Shown one piece after another: positions 15,226 through 25,543 of a stretch of DNA of 36,581 bases. The stretch's first letter is position 1. Each line of letters starts with the position of its first letter. Under the pieces are notes generated by a model, which worked only from the letters and a program-made list of their open reading frames with translations, did no database searches and had not been told where the DNA came from. The DNA is from a virus (taxonomy: Duplodnaviria > Caudoviricetes): IMG/VR virus record IMGVR_UViG_3300044580_000075, positions 1 to 36,581 of that record. One strand, given 5' to 3'. Made by a program: the position numbers and the translations under genes.

Positions 15226-18200
15226 TCTCCAAATCCTATCGCTGACTTAAACTTACGAGAGGGTCGTATATTTTCGACTCTCTCTTTTTCTTTTCTGATC
15301 TCCTTAAGCTTCTCGATGTAATCCTTCCTAGCTTCCTGCCTCACTTGCTGATTTTTCTTCTCATCCGTAGTAGTTCCGAACTGAGCAATTTCTCCGTATG
15401 CTTTTTTACGAGCAAGTGACTGCTGCTTCATAAGCTTACCCTTCCATCTTCGATCGACTTCAGAAGCAGTTAAAGGCATTATTTTTAATCCAAGCTCAGC
15501 GAGTAAGGCCTGCGCAGGAGTACGTCCTGACTTCGCTTCTCGCATAACTTTATAAATATCCGTCGCCGGAGCCATCACTGCTGGAATCATAGACTGTGCT
15601 ACACTCAACAACGCCTTACTCGATGCCGTCGGAATACTATCCATCTCAGAATTCCATATAGGCTTACCGTTAAACCCAACATTTGTCGCAAGCGAAGCTG
15701 CAGTAGCAAATAAAGGATTAGCAAGCATAATCTTTCCTACTCCTGGAAGTCTCGGCCCCATCGCTTCTTTAGCTCCTCCAGCTAGCCCATATATATCTCC
15801 CCAAGGAAGAATGTAAGTCATATCGAGCCACTGCATACGTCCTCTCGAATCCTTCCAAGGCATGAGTAGATACTTTCCTTGAGCTACCGACGCAGGAAGC
15901 TTCGCCTTCAGCTGTTCGAACTGATCGAAGTTTATTCCTTGAGCATTCATAGCTCCTACTTGCCAAGCCCACATACCCATTTGTAGGCTGAGAAGTCTCC
16001 AAGGAGCTTGTACTAACGACTTCGCAATCAACGGCATAGCTTTATACGTAAACGTTATAAACGGAGCACCCACCCAAGAGTTTCTCCATCTGCGAATAAA
16101 CGGACTTACATCGTTGTAGTTAAAGGTAGACTCCATCGCAGACCGAGCAGCTTCCTTTCTGCTCAATCCCTTAACGTCTCGTAGATACTTATACTTCGCT
16201 ATCTTTGCCCACTGCTCTTCCATCTCGTAAGCGGAAGCCATCTTCCTTCCAATCTTCTTAACTCCATACTTTCCAGCTTCGAGCAATCCAAGCATTCCTT
16301 CTTGATGCTTCATTCGAAGGATAGGTTCGAGATGTTTTAACTCACTTGAAGTAAATGTACCGATCGTCAACCCATCCTCAATTGCTTCATTCATAAACTG
16401 CTTATACTTCTCAGGATTACGAAGAATCCTAACCGAATCTTTATAAGCTAACCAAGCTCGTGGGTCATATAAAGACATCCCATGCTCGGTTCCCATATGA
16501 TTCAAAATCACGTTCGAGTAAATATTTCTCATATGCGTACGAGGATTAGCTACGGTCGCTCCAAACTTAAACCAATTCAACGCCGTTTGGCTAAGGCCTC
16601 CCGTCTGGCTAGGAATCACCATCGTTTCGAGTTCGAAGAAAGCATCCTGATTAAGCCATTTGTTTGCAAGCATTCCATACTTCTCGACGTTGTCAGGAAC
16701 CTTGATGTAGTGAACGACCTTCCCAGCTTCATCTGCAACACTAGCTACGGCAGTATGTCCTCGTTGAAGAGGCTGAAGTATCTTCGGTCCGAGAGTTACT
16801 TCTCGTATATCTTTAACTCTTCCTGAGGCAGTTAAAGCTTTCATAGCTGATTCGTCCATACATATTTTGTTATCAGCACTTAAGGTTCTGAAGGCGTCGG
16901 ACATCATCAAGTCACTTTTCGCTGTCACATACTGCGCATGGCTTAGCGTAGCCATATCTACGATCGGATCAAGTTCGTCAATTAATTCCTGAGGCAGATT
17001 ATTAAGCTTTCGATATCTTGCAGTAGACATCGCTAGCATCTGCATACTTGAGAGTTTCTGAGCCGCATCGTAACTAGCTTTATAATCTGCGTACTTAAGG
17101 CGAATAGCTTCTGGTAGCTGATTCCAATGCTTCTGATAGATTCGTGAAGTATACGTATCGAAGTTATTCATATGCGTATCCCATTTAAGGAACATCTTCT
17201 TCAGCGAATCAGTAACCTGTACAGGCGTACCTTGTCTGTTTACCTCATCAAGTAAGTCTTCAACCTTAACTCCTTTCTTATCGGCAATTGCTGTAAACTC
17301 TTTTACAACTGGACTTACCACTCCATTCTCGACTGCTTTAAGATTACGAGCATCGTCAAGCGTAATTACCTTTCGTCGATTTGTTTCATCCATATATCCA
17401 AAGACAGGAAGATGTCTTTCCATTCCTTCCGTAACAGCCCGTCGTTGAGTCTCTGCCTTACGAAAGCCTAAGAATTTAAGACCTATCGCTTCGTCTTCAG
17501 GATCCGTCGAACGAAGCCAATCAAGAGCTCCTTTCTCTCCATCTATCATAGACTGATTAGCTTTCTTAAGCCAAATCGTTTGCTTCCCTTGAACCTCTCG
17601 TTGTACTTTCTGACTCGCTTCAAGGCTTACTTTCTTCCTCATCGAATCGAAATGAACATACGCATCAAGCATCTCCTCACGAGTTTGCTCAGGCAAGCCT
17701 TCAAGATCGATTCCACGCTCAAGCCAATCTTCTCTACGAGTCTCGAGCATCTTTTTAAGCATATCATTCTTAGCAGGGTCTTTTGCGACTACATCTATTT
17801 TCTCTGCAAGCTCTCGACCTTGCTGACGAATGATTGACAGATCACGAGCTACGTTTTCGATCAGCTGCTGACCTTCAGGAGTAGTCTTCCTCAACCTATT
17901 CGAAGCAGGTTCAAGAAGCTGTCGCCAGTTAAGCTCACCACTCTGACCGATATACTGTGATCCTCCAATCTTAGGAACCTTCGGATGAATCGTAGTCGGA
18001 ACATACTCAAGTCCTTTCAAGCCAAGCTCGCTTAGATGCTCCCATAACTTAATCAGAGGCTCCTTAAAAGCTTTCTGAGACGCATTAATTACCGGCCGAC
18101 TTAACGCTCCCATAAACATAAACGGTAAGCCAATATTCGAAACTAATGAAAGGCCAGGTGATCCTCCTGTCATCAAATCGAATGGAATACCTACCATCGC

Positions 18201-20153
18201 AGCTTCCCAAGTTGCTCGAGCAGCTTCTCCTGACTTGTATAAGTCTAGCCAGCTCCTTCCTTTATTAATCGTCTGGCCGAGTATTTCCATCTCGCCTAAG
18301 GGACCTCTCGAGATAGCTAGCCTCCCAGCATTTGCCGCCTTAAACAAAGCGGAATAACCAATCGCCCAAGTAGCTTGCTCAGCAATCGTTCCAGGAAAGA
18401 TAGGCATATCAGGAAATGCAGCTTCCATCATTCGTGTTGTACGCTCAAGTGAAGTATTCTGCTGATCATACCAGTCAGCTGCAGCTACGTACGTCGGAGA
18501 AGTTACCGCATGAGCTACCTTTTGAAAGATGTGTTTACGATTCAAAGCTCGATCAACGGGAGTCATCTTAGCCGAGATAGCTAACTGACTTCCTATTCCA
18601 GGCTTGATTAAAGCAGCTGCTGCAGGCGATACAATCGGCTGGTCAGCATTCATCTCGTTTACGACTATCTTCTCGTTAAGTTGATTAAGCTTATCTCCTA
18701 CGTAATCAAGAGCCTTACCCAATCCTGGAGTGTTTACTCTTGGAATTAACGATTTGATAAAAGGAGATATATTTGCTACTCCTTGCAAACCAAGAGTAGC
18801 TATCACTTCAGCTGAGGCTGCCTTACCAGCATTTGCGTTTCGTATTCCTTCTGATACTTGCTTAAACGCCGGATGTAAGGCGGTAGGAATTTTCTGCTCA
18901 GGTAGCTTCGGAAGATTCAACTCAGGCACGTATAAAGGATCTTCCTCGGCCATAATCTCATTTATAGGATCTGGAAGGATACTTTCTGCTTTAGCTTCTC
19001 TGCTAGCTGCTAGCATACCTGCTCCAGCTAGGGTACCCGCTACTCCAAGCTTCCACACAGGTCCTATAAATTTCTTAGTCTCAGGATCAGCTAAGCGAGC
19101 AAGAACGTTTCCGCTACCCATCGTAATTCGAGGACCAATATCTTCAACAGCTATTTGACCAGTCTTGCTAAGCTGTTCATGTCCTTTCGGAGTAAGTAAC
19201 TGAACTACATCAATCCCTCTTCCACCGCTTGCTTTTCCACCAAGCTTCATTGCAAGTCCACGATTCATAGCTCGATAGATTGCTTCGTCAATTAATCCAA
19301 ACTGGTCGGGGAACTTTCCCTTCCAGTGGTCAACAAACTGCTCATCTGTAAGATGAGTCTTCGAAAGCTTCTCGGGAGGCAGGCCCAACAACTGTCTTCG
19401 TATGATATTAATTCTCGATTGAGAGTACTCCGAAGCTACTCCTCCCAAACTCTTCATCAAGGCGTAGGGGTTGTTTAAGATATCTCTCGGATCCATCTGC
19501 TTAGCTTCTTCACGCGTCATAGGAGCCTGCTTACCATACAACGATTCGATAGGTGCGTTAGGATCTTGCAACGTCTTAAGCGTCTTAATCCTACTCATCT
19601 TATCTTTCCAAGCGAGAGTAGCCTGCTGCCTAACCCAGTTGTATCCCTTCGAGTTCTTACTCGGATCAATCATATGAGCAGCAAAGACCTTAAGCTGGTC
19701 AGGCGTAAGACGAGCAACTCCTTCACTTGAAGCTGGAACGGTATATAAAAGTTTCTGTCCTCGAGCTGCTACCTTCTCGAGATCAGCTCGCGGCTTTCTT
19801 ACTGACCCTTCATATCCTGAAGGCTTCCATATCTCATCCATTGTTCGAGGAATGGTACCTGGTCGTAGATTTTCTCCTGCTTGCTCGAAACGATATCCTA
19901 AGCCTGTATTCGACATTACTTCCTGAGCTAGCCCTTCAGCTTTATCACCAACTTGAAAATTAAACAACCTATCAGGATATAAATCTCTGGGAGCAGACTT
20001 AAGCATATCAACTGCAACGTTCCAAGCTTCTGGCTCTCTCTTTGCAACTTTACCAAACCTCCTTAGCAAGGATTCGAGAACTGGATCGTTAGTCTTAACA
20101 GCTTCGAATATACGCCCTAGAGCATCCTCAACTGCAGGCGAAAACTTAGCCAT
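15222..20153 (-). CDS. large internal virion / DNA ejection protein
   Basis: 1643 aa, mainly helical, last gene of the structural block; NP.TH.RN..SN and PF..F.Y segments like those in large podovirus ejection proteins. Confidence 0.7.
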   Translation of the reverse strand: MAKFSPAVEDALGRIFEAVKTNDPVLESLLRRFGKVAKREPEAWNVAVDMLKSAPRDLYPDRLFNFQVGDKAEGLAQEVMSNTGLGYRFEQAGENLRPGTIPRTMDEIWKPSGYEGSVRKPRADLEKVAARGQKLLYTVPASSEGVARLTPDQLKVFAAHMIDPSKNSKGYNWVRQQATLAWKDKMSRIKTLKTLQDPNAPIESLYGKQAPMTREEAKQMDPRDILNNPYALMKSLGGVASEYSQSRINIIRRQLLGLPPEKLSKTHLTDEQFVDHWKGKFPDQFGLIDEAIYRAMNRGLAMKLGGKASGGRGIDVVQLLTPKGHEQLSKTGQIAVEDIGPRITMGSGNVLARLADPETKKFIGPVWKLGVAGTLAGAGMLAASREAKAESILPDPINEIMAEEDPLYVPELNLPKLPEQKIPTALHPAFKQVSEGIRNANAGKAASAEVIATLGLQGVANISPFIKSLIPRVNTPGLGKALDYVGDKLNQLNEKIVVNEMNADQPIVSPAAAALIKPGIGSQLAISAKMTPVDRALNRKHIFQKVAHAVTSPTYVAAADWYDQQNTSLERTTRMMEAAFPDMPIFPGTIAEQATWAIGYSALFKAANAGRLAISRGPLGEMEILGQTINKGRSWLDLYKSGEAARATWEAAMVGIPFDLMTGGSPGLSLVSNIGLPFMFMGALSRPVINASQKAFKEPLIKLWEHLSELGLKGLEYVPTTIHPKVPKIGGSQYIGQSGELNWRQLLEPASNRLRKTTPEGQQLIENVARDLSIIRQQGRELAEKIDVVAKDPAKNDMLKKMLETRREDWLERGIDLEGLPEQTREEMLDAYVHFDSMRKKVSLEASQKVQREVQGKQTIWLKKANQSMIDGEKGALDWLRSTDPEDEAIGLKFLGFRKAETQRRAVTEGMERHLPVFGYMDETNRRKVITLDDARNLKAVENGVVSPVVKEFTAIADKKGVKVEDLLDEVNRQGTPVQVTDSLKKMFLKWDTHMNNFDTYTSRIYQKHWNQLPEAIRLKYADYKASYDAAQKLSSMQMLAMSTARYRKLNNLPQELIDELDPIVDMATLSHAQYVTAKSDLMMSDAFRTLSADNKICMDESAMKALTASGRVKDIREVTLGPKILQPLQRGHTAVASVADEAGKVVHYIKVPDNVEKYGMLANKWLNQDAFFELETMVIPSQTGGLSQTALNWFKFGATVANPRTHMRNIYSNVILNHMGTEHGMSLYDPRAWLAYKDSVRILRNPEKYKQFMNEAIEDGLTIGTFTSSELKHLEPILRMKHQEGMLGLLEAGKYGVKKIGRKMASAYEMEEQWAKIAKYKYLRDVKGLSRKEAARSAMESTFNYNDVSPFIRRWRNSWVGAPFITFTYKAMPLIAKSLVQAPWRLLSLQMGMWAWQVGAMNAQGINFDQFEQLKAKLPASVAQGKYLLMPWKDSRGRMQWLDMTYILPWGDIYGLAGGAKEAMGPRLPGVGKIMLANPLFATAASLATNVGFNGKPIWNSEMDSIPTASSKALLSVAQSMIPAVMAPATDIYKVMREAKSGRTPAQALLAELGLKIMPLTASEVDRRWKGKLMKQQSLARKKAYGEIAQFGTTTDEKKNQQVRQEARKDYIEKLKEIRKEKERVENIRPSRKFKSAIGFGD

Positions 20154-20509
20154 TATCCCTCCTGACTAATCTGATTATACAAATGACGATATCCTGGAGC
20201 TTTATCCAGAAATGATTCGAGAGAGTCTGTAAATCTCCTCTCCTGAAGCAGCACCTCTTTATACGGATAAGGAGTAGTATCTCCCTTCTGAGCAGCCAAC
20301 TTCCACTTATTGTGAAGTCGTTCAATAGCTACCTGAGCAGCTAATTGCTGAGTAACTAATTTACCAGGTACTCCCTTAGGAAGATCTGTCGAAACCTTCT
20401 TCAGGCAGGATTGTACGAATGCATCCGCTTCTCGATGTGATTGAGGATTTAAAGGCTTACTCGGCTGCGGCTGAGATAGATCAGCATTTCCCATTAATAA
20501 GTCGTTCAT
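20153..20509 (-). CDS. hypothetical protein in the ejection module
   Basis: 118 aa, translationally coupled on both sides. Confidence 0.7.
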   Translation of the reverse strand: MNDLLMGNADLSQPQPSKPLNPQSHREADAFVQSCLKKVSTDLPKGVPGKLVTQQLAAQVAIERLHNKWKLAAQKGDTTPYPYKEVLLQERRFTDSLESFLDKAPGYRHLYNQISQEG

Positions 20510-21309
20510 TGCATATCTCCTTCTTCCTCTTCTGGATAGGGGTTGTCGAATACAGAAGGATAGTTAGAAGCTGGCATAGGTGTTCGATACATATCAGCTG
20601 AAGGAGCAAGATCTGGAAATAGTCGAGATGCTTGTGTATTAAACACGCTCGCCATCTTAGCATAACCATCAGCTATTCTCATTAGCTCAGCTGCTTGTGC
20701 CTGAGCTGTTGGTGAAGGAGGACCTCCTAGCATATCTCCTTTAAGAAGCGTACTCGCATTCGTTCGATACTTAGCCGCTAGCGCAGCATACGTAGCAGCA
20801 TTCTTCGAATAGTCATTAAACTGCTTTACGTAATTCTGAGTAGCCTTCGAACGTTCGACATCCGTCTTAGCCGATTCGATAGATAAAGCTGCTGCACGAA
20901 TCTTCATCTCCTGCTGCTTAAAGCCTAACTCAGCCTTAGCAAGCATTCGATTGAAGTCATAGTTATCCTTCATATGCTCAGCTTCAAACTTTTTCATTTG
21001 AGTTGTCAACGCAAGATCTTCTTCCTGGTAAGGCCAGAGATTCTTCTGATGACCGAACAACTCCTGTTCGTTTGCAAAGGACTGCTTCGCCATTCCAAAC
21101 TGCTCTCGTTGCATATTCAACTGCTCAGGAAGAAATCTATTACGTACTGCCATCTCTCTTTGTCGAAGCTTGTCAGTTGCGAGTCGAGACTTCGATTCAG
21201 CAATCCCAGCTGCGTGAGCTTGCCCACGCATAAACGCTTCAGGAATGTTTACGTTCAGCTTGTCATAAAGTCGATTGTAGAAATCAATCATCGGATCTTG
21301 TGGTTGCAT
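20506..21309 (-). CDS. putative internal virion / ejection protein
   Basis: 267 aa, Q/A/M-rich helical, GGAGG RBS, position after the tail genes. Confidence 0.65.
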   Translation of the reverse strand: MQPQDPMIDFYNRLYDKLNVNIPEAFMRGQAHAAGIAESKSRLATDKLRQREMAVRNRFLPEQLNMQREQFGMAKQSFANEQELFGHQKNLWPYQEEDLALTTQMKKFEAEHMKDNYDFNRMLAKAELGFKQQEMKIRAAALSIESAKTDVERSKATQNYVKQFNDYSKNAATYAALAAKYRTNASTLLKGDMLGGPPSPTAQAQAAELMRIADGYAKMASVFNTQASRLFPDLAPSADMYRTPMPASNYPSVFDNPYPEEEEGDMQ

Positions 21310-21317
21310 GTATCCTC

Positions 21318-22403
21318 CTACTTAGCGTATCCACGACCAGGATACCAATCTGTTTTAAGGTCGTATGAAGGAGTAAACGCTTGCTGGCTATAAGTGTAAG
21401 GCTGATAGTTTAACTGCTCTAGCTGCTTTCCATACGCAGCTGCAGCTGGACTACCTGCTTGAAAAGATCCAGGAGCTACTCCACTTCCGTAGTTACTTCC
21501 AGGATTATCAATTAACCGTCCTTGAGTATTCCCCGCACCAAAGGCTCCACTTGCTCCCTGTATCTCTGCCCAGTTCTGATTCATCTTTCCAAACATAGCA
21601 AGCATCTGTGGCCAGAGAGAAGGAGAATCCATTCCGGGCCAAGGAACACTTCCAGGTGAGCGATTAGGAAGACTTATTGCTTGAGCCATAGGATTCAATT
21701 GAAGTCCTTGCTGGATACCTGGAACTTCCAATCCTCGGTTAGCGTACCACTGTTTCATTTGTCGTTCTTGCTGAGCTTGAGTATACTCAGCGTTTGCGAG
21801 ACCACTTCTTGCTCCGTATATGTTACTCAGGTTTTGTAAGCGTTCCTGATTTCCTTGAATATCAGCTTGCTGACGGGCATCTGCATAACGATTAGATAAC
21901 TCACGCATAGCTGATACTCGCTCTCGAGGAGCCATTCCAGAAGCTTCAAGTCCTCTTCTTGCTTGATTCCAATTTGAAGCGGCAAGATTTTTATATCCAC
22001 CTATGCTTCCGATATTTCCCTCAAGAGCTCGAGTATACTGCTCAGTAGGCTTACGAAGAGGATTTTCACCAAAGCCCTTATTATATAAGGGAGCCATCTC
22101 GTCATATCGCTTTCCGACTAGATCAGCATATTCCGTACCTAATCCTACATTTCTCTGGATCTGCTGCTTCATCCATTCGGGGTATCCCCAACCCCACTGA
22201 GCCATTTCTATAAGCTGACGAAGCTGTTCTCGAGCGGCGTCTTTATACGAATCTGATTCTTCCTTTCCTAAGAAGTATCCACCTATCCCACTTGCTAGGT
22301 CTCCAATAGTTTGAGAAACACCTTGACCTAACATTCCGTAAGGACCCATAGAGGCTCCGCCACCTCCACCACCTGCTCCACCAATCATGCTCATCCAATC
22401 CAT
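21318..22403 (-). CDS. putative DNA pilot/ejection protein
   Basis: Gly-rich N-terminus (GGAGGGGGG...GGYFLG) followed by Q/A/G-rich helices. Confidence 0.65.
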   Translation of the reverse strand: MDWMSMIGGAGGGGGGASMGPYGMLGQGVSQTIGDLASGIGGYFLGKEESDSYKDAAREQLRQLIEMAQWGWGYPEWMKQQIQRNVGLGTEYADLVGKRYDEMAPLYNKGFGENPLRKPTEQYTRALEGNIGSIGGYKNLAASNWNQARRGLEASGMAPRERVSAMRELSNRYADARQQADIQGNQERLQNLSNIYGARSGLANAEYTQAQQERQMKQWYANRGLEVPGIQQGLQLNPMAQAISLPNRSPGSVPWPGMDSPSLWPQMLAMFGKMNQNWAEIQGASGAFGAGNTQGRLIDNPGSNYGSGVAPGSFQAGSPAAAAYGKQLEQLNYQPYTYSQQAFTPSYDLKTDWYPGRGYAK

Positions 22404-22413
22404 ACTTATCTCC

Positions 22414-24363
22414 TTATAGAAGCTTCTCGAGCTCGTACTGAAAAATTATCGGAAGATGCAGCTGCGACTCAGCTGCTCCTGAAATTCCTATCTGATACGT
22501 ATACGCCCAAGTATCCCACGCACTCTGAATCTTGAGGACAGTTAATCCTGTAGAGCCATGATACTCCTGCCAGAACGACAGCGTACTATCATTCCATTCT
22601 GACTTTGACGAATCGATAAATCCCGCTCTTGACTGATCGAAGTCGTAGAAGTCCTTCGGCCATTCAAGAGTACGAATAAGTTCGCCATCACCATAAATCG
22701 AGATATCCATCCTACCCTTAAGATAGAGCGTAACTTGATTCAATCGTTTTCGTCTACCTGCCTGACCCAAATAACTAGATACACTCTTCCACTGCCAAGC
22801 AAGTCGACCACCAACGAAGGCATTACATATTCCACTCGGAATAGCTGCATACGTAGTCTTCTTTTCAAGATCGCTTGAAATACCAATCGTATCTTGACTA
22901 GACGAGCTCCATATCAATCCATTTGACCTTCTCTCACGTATAAGTGTAGAAGATACTCTTCCAACTCCACCACCATCGATATAAGTTACTCGACCATACT
23001 CCGAGCTGAATACGTAAGTATTCGATCCGACCATTCGCTTAATCGTACCTACCTCAGTAGGAGCTCCTAACGAATCTACCCACGAATAAGTATCTTCCTC
23101 ACTCATATCGTTGATAGCAACTATGATACCATTATTCGCACTCGCGAAGTAGTTGTTAAATGTAAGAAGAAGTCTACCCTGCGAATCAACCGTAAGAGTA
23201 GATATCTCGCTATCCTGAGGGAACAACCCTCGAACCGATTCTGAATCCTCCTGAACTGTAATTCCATTCGTTCGATACAATCCAAGAGGCCCACGCCAGA
23301 AGGCTTCGTTATCCCATTGTAAGACCGCCCACGAGCTACTTGCAGACATTCGAGAAGGTAACTCTTGATAACTTGCATTCCCTTCTTGATCTATCTGAAT
23401 CATAAACGGAGTAGTCTCGGTAAGTACGAGCGAATAGTTACCAAGAGGGCATCCAGCTTTTACCGCATCAGGAAGATCGATGTAATACTCGAGAGGCCAA
23501 GCTTCTGCGTAAGGAGCAGGCTTGGAGTAGTACACCCGTAACGGATGAGTTGTATCTCCTGATAAGAACCAACGAAGTCCGCTTCGCCAGATTATAAAGC
23601 ATGTTTGCGTAGGCGGATCATGATCTATCGGAGGAGAGTTAGGATACAATCCTACATCCAACGTCGTATCGGAATACGCCGTATCGTCGTTATCAATTTC
23701 GTCAAGAAGGAAGTAAGGCCCGACTGAGCTTGATCCGTTCTGCGTACGATAAATCCGCTTACGAGTAATTGCCTCATCCGTACTACCTACAGGAATATTC
23801 GCTAACGCAACTGAAGCGCACAAGCCTCCCAACACTTCAACTTCTGCTGAACTTGCATTTCCTTCAAATCCATCCTCGTTAACAAACGTAACTCGATAGA
23901 ACCAATGACCAGCTGTAAACGCCGACCCAGCCACTTTCGTAGCAGTCATAAAGGTAGTATTAGGAGCAGTCACTCCCATCGACCATACATCTTCTCCATC
24001 TGTCACGAGTACTCTCGAACCATTCGTCATTGCAAGAGTACGAGTACTCCTTCTCGAAGGAGAATTAGCAAAGCTCATAAACTCACAAGCGGTAAAGCGG
24101 TCTCCCCAATCGTCTAGCAATTCTACTCCGTTGTAATATAACGAGGTAAGCGAAGTGTAGAAAACTCCATCTTTCCATCCAAACAATCCTCTCGGATTCG
24201 TTAACGGATAAAGAAGAGAATGTCTCCGCTCGCCCTGGAGTACCCCTCTTACACTTCGATAATCTACATCTCGAAGAGCTTCAGCATATCCTGGAGGAAG
24301 TAAGATAGGATCATCTTCGGTGTTAAGTCCCCAGAAAGAGTCGATTACGAATATCTCAGCCAT
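22414..24363 (-). CDS. tail tubular/nozzle (P22 gp10 or T7 gp12-like beta-propeller) protein with inserted Fn3-like domain
   Basis: Start likely ATG 24363 (MAEIF); F.GLN N-terminus, YRVTFV...EG..S and RIYRT Fn3-like insert, R.YYS, WKS...G...RKR C-terminal domain. Confidence 0.7.
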   Translation of the reverse strand: MAEIFVIDSFWGLNTEDDPILLPPGYAEALRDVDYRSVRGVLQGERRHSLLYPLTNPRGLFGWKDGVFYTSLTSLYYNGVELLDDWGDRFTACEFMSFANSPSRRSTRTLAMTNGSRVLVTDGEDVWSMGVTAPNTTFMTATKVAGSAFTAGHWFYRVTFVNEDGFEGNASSAEVEVLGGLCASVALANIPVGSTDEAITRKRIYRTQNGSSSVGPYFLLDEIDNDDTAYSDTTLDVGLYPNSPPIDHDPPTQTCFIIWRSGLRWFLSGDTTHPLRVYYSKPAPYAEAWPLEYYIDLPDAVKAGCPLGNYSLVLTETTPFMIQIDQEGNASYQELPSRMSASSSWAVLQWDNEAFWRGPLGLYRTNGITVQEDSESVRGLFPQDSEISTLTVDSQGRLLLTFNNYFASANNGIIVAINDMSEEDTYSWVDSLGAPTEVGTIKRMVGSNTYVFSSEYGRVTYIDGGGVGRVSSTLIRERRSNGLIWSSSSQDTIGISSDLEKKTTYAAIPSGICNAFVGGRLAWQWKSVSSYLGQAGRRKRLNQVTLYLKGRMDISIYGDGELIRTLEWPKDFYDFDQSRAGFIDSSKSEWNDSTLSFWQEYHGSTGLTVLKIQSAWDTWAYTYQIGISGAAESQLHLPIIFQYELEKLL

Positions 24364-25376
24364 TAGAATACCCTTATGATATAGATTACTCCTAACCACT
24401 TTGGACGATTATCGATTCCCTGCATTTCTTTTTCGCCACTACCTAAACTTTCCCAAGATGTTCCATTCAGCAGCTCATCTTCAAAGCTCATTACTTGATT
24501 AGCTCCACCAAGTCCATGATCGTGAGTATACTCTCGACCATCTGTAATTGGATCAGTAGACATTGTAGTCCAGTCTACCCCAGCCATTAAGCTACCTACA
24601 GCAGCAGTTAAATCATGTTTGTGTGGTAAGTCGTTAGCGTCCATCGTTACTGGTTGGAGACCATGAACGTGGTGGCCATTAAAGCCTGCTGCCCATACTT
24701 CCTCTTCCCATTCTTCCCCTTCACCAATAGTAACAGGCCCATCTACACCCATTAAGAATCTCTCATCAGTAAGAAGAGGAAGATACTTTCCAGGAGCATT
24801 CCAGATCGGCGAAGTAGCTAAGTTTGGAGCGGTACCGTCACATACCCTCCAACCTAAGTCAGATCCGCCAGGTCCTCCAGTAGAGAGGAAAGTATTGCAA
24901 GCTGCAACTAAGCTAGGCTCACTTATCTTTGGAGCAAGAAAGGAAGCTCGTACGAAGTCTGCATTCTCTCCTTCGAAGTATCCAGGCATCCATGGAAGGA
25001 TTGTTCCTACCGGATGCATCGAAGGACAAAATCCCCAAGGAAGTTCAGTGATAACTTGATCAAGAGAGTTAACTCCAATCAAGCCTGCAAGCTCGTTAAG
25101 CAAGCTCATTCTTACTTGCAACATCTGTGTTTTATTAATTATCGGAGCGGTACCTGCTAACCATCCAGATATCAACTCTTCAACAGTTGTTACCTCAAAT
25201 GGCGGCCAAGTAGTCTGGTCCTCCAATGGAATAGTCAACGCTGATATTTTATGAACTACCTGCTCTCCGCCTGTCGAAGTAGTACGAGTAAACGTCTCGG
25301 CTGACTGCTTACTCCCATCACTCCAGTTTATATCTTCAGACGCTATAGGCTCTACAATTACTTCAATTTCTGCCAT
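24363..25376 (-). CDS. short tail fibre with tail-collar-like domain
   Basis: PVGTILPW...GWRVCDG...LP.L...FLMG collar motif, HxH repeats, C-terminal DNRP...V.YIIR. Confidence 0.8.
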   Translation of the reverse strand: MAEIEVIVEPIASEDINWSDGSKQSAETFTRTTSTGGEQVVHKISALTIPLEDQTTWPPFEVTTVEELISGWLAGTAPIINKTQMLQVRMSLLNELAGLIGVNSLDQVITELPWGFCPSMHPVGTILPWMPGYFEGENADFVRASFLAPKISEPSLVAACNTFLSTGGPGGSDLGWRVCDGTAPNLATSPIWNAPGKYLPLLTDERFLMGVDGPVTIGEGEEWEEEVWAAGFNGHHVHGLQPVTMDANDLPHKHDLTAAVGSLMAGVDWTTMSTDPITDGREYTHDHGLGGANQVMSFEDELLNGTSWESLGSGEKEMQGIDNRPKWLGVIYIIRVF

Positions 25377-25543
25377 TAGCTTTCTCCTATTTCGATATCG
25401 GTTGTTTCAACAACTACGTTAAACTCTTTCAGTACGCGAAGAAGATTCTCGATAAGCTTACGTGCTTCTTCAAGAGAAGTAATCTCAGAAGAAAGATTAA
25501 GTCTCTCAGGCCCTTTAAGAGTTACTTTAGTAACGACTACCAT
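25376..25543 (-). CDS. small hypothetical structural protein (not in ORF track)
   Basis: MVVVTKVTLKGPERLNLFSEITSLEEARKLIENLLRVLKEFNVVVETTDIEIGES*, 55 aa, fills the gap and is TAATG-coupled to the fibre gene. Confidence 0.6.
   Translation of the reverse strand: MVVVTKVTLKGPERLNLSSEITSLEEARKLIENLLRVLKEFNVVVETTDIEIGES

Noticed and set aside
304-15232. Minus-strand ORFs in the early block (e.g. 6031-6612, 2306-2683, 525-878)
   Set aside because: They lie antisense to well-supported + strand genes, lack RBSs and have no recognisable motifs.
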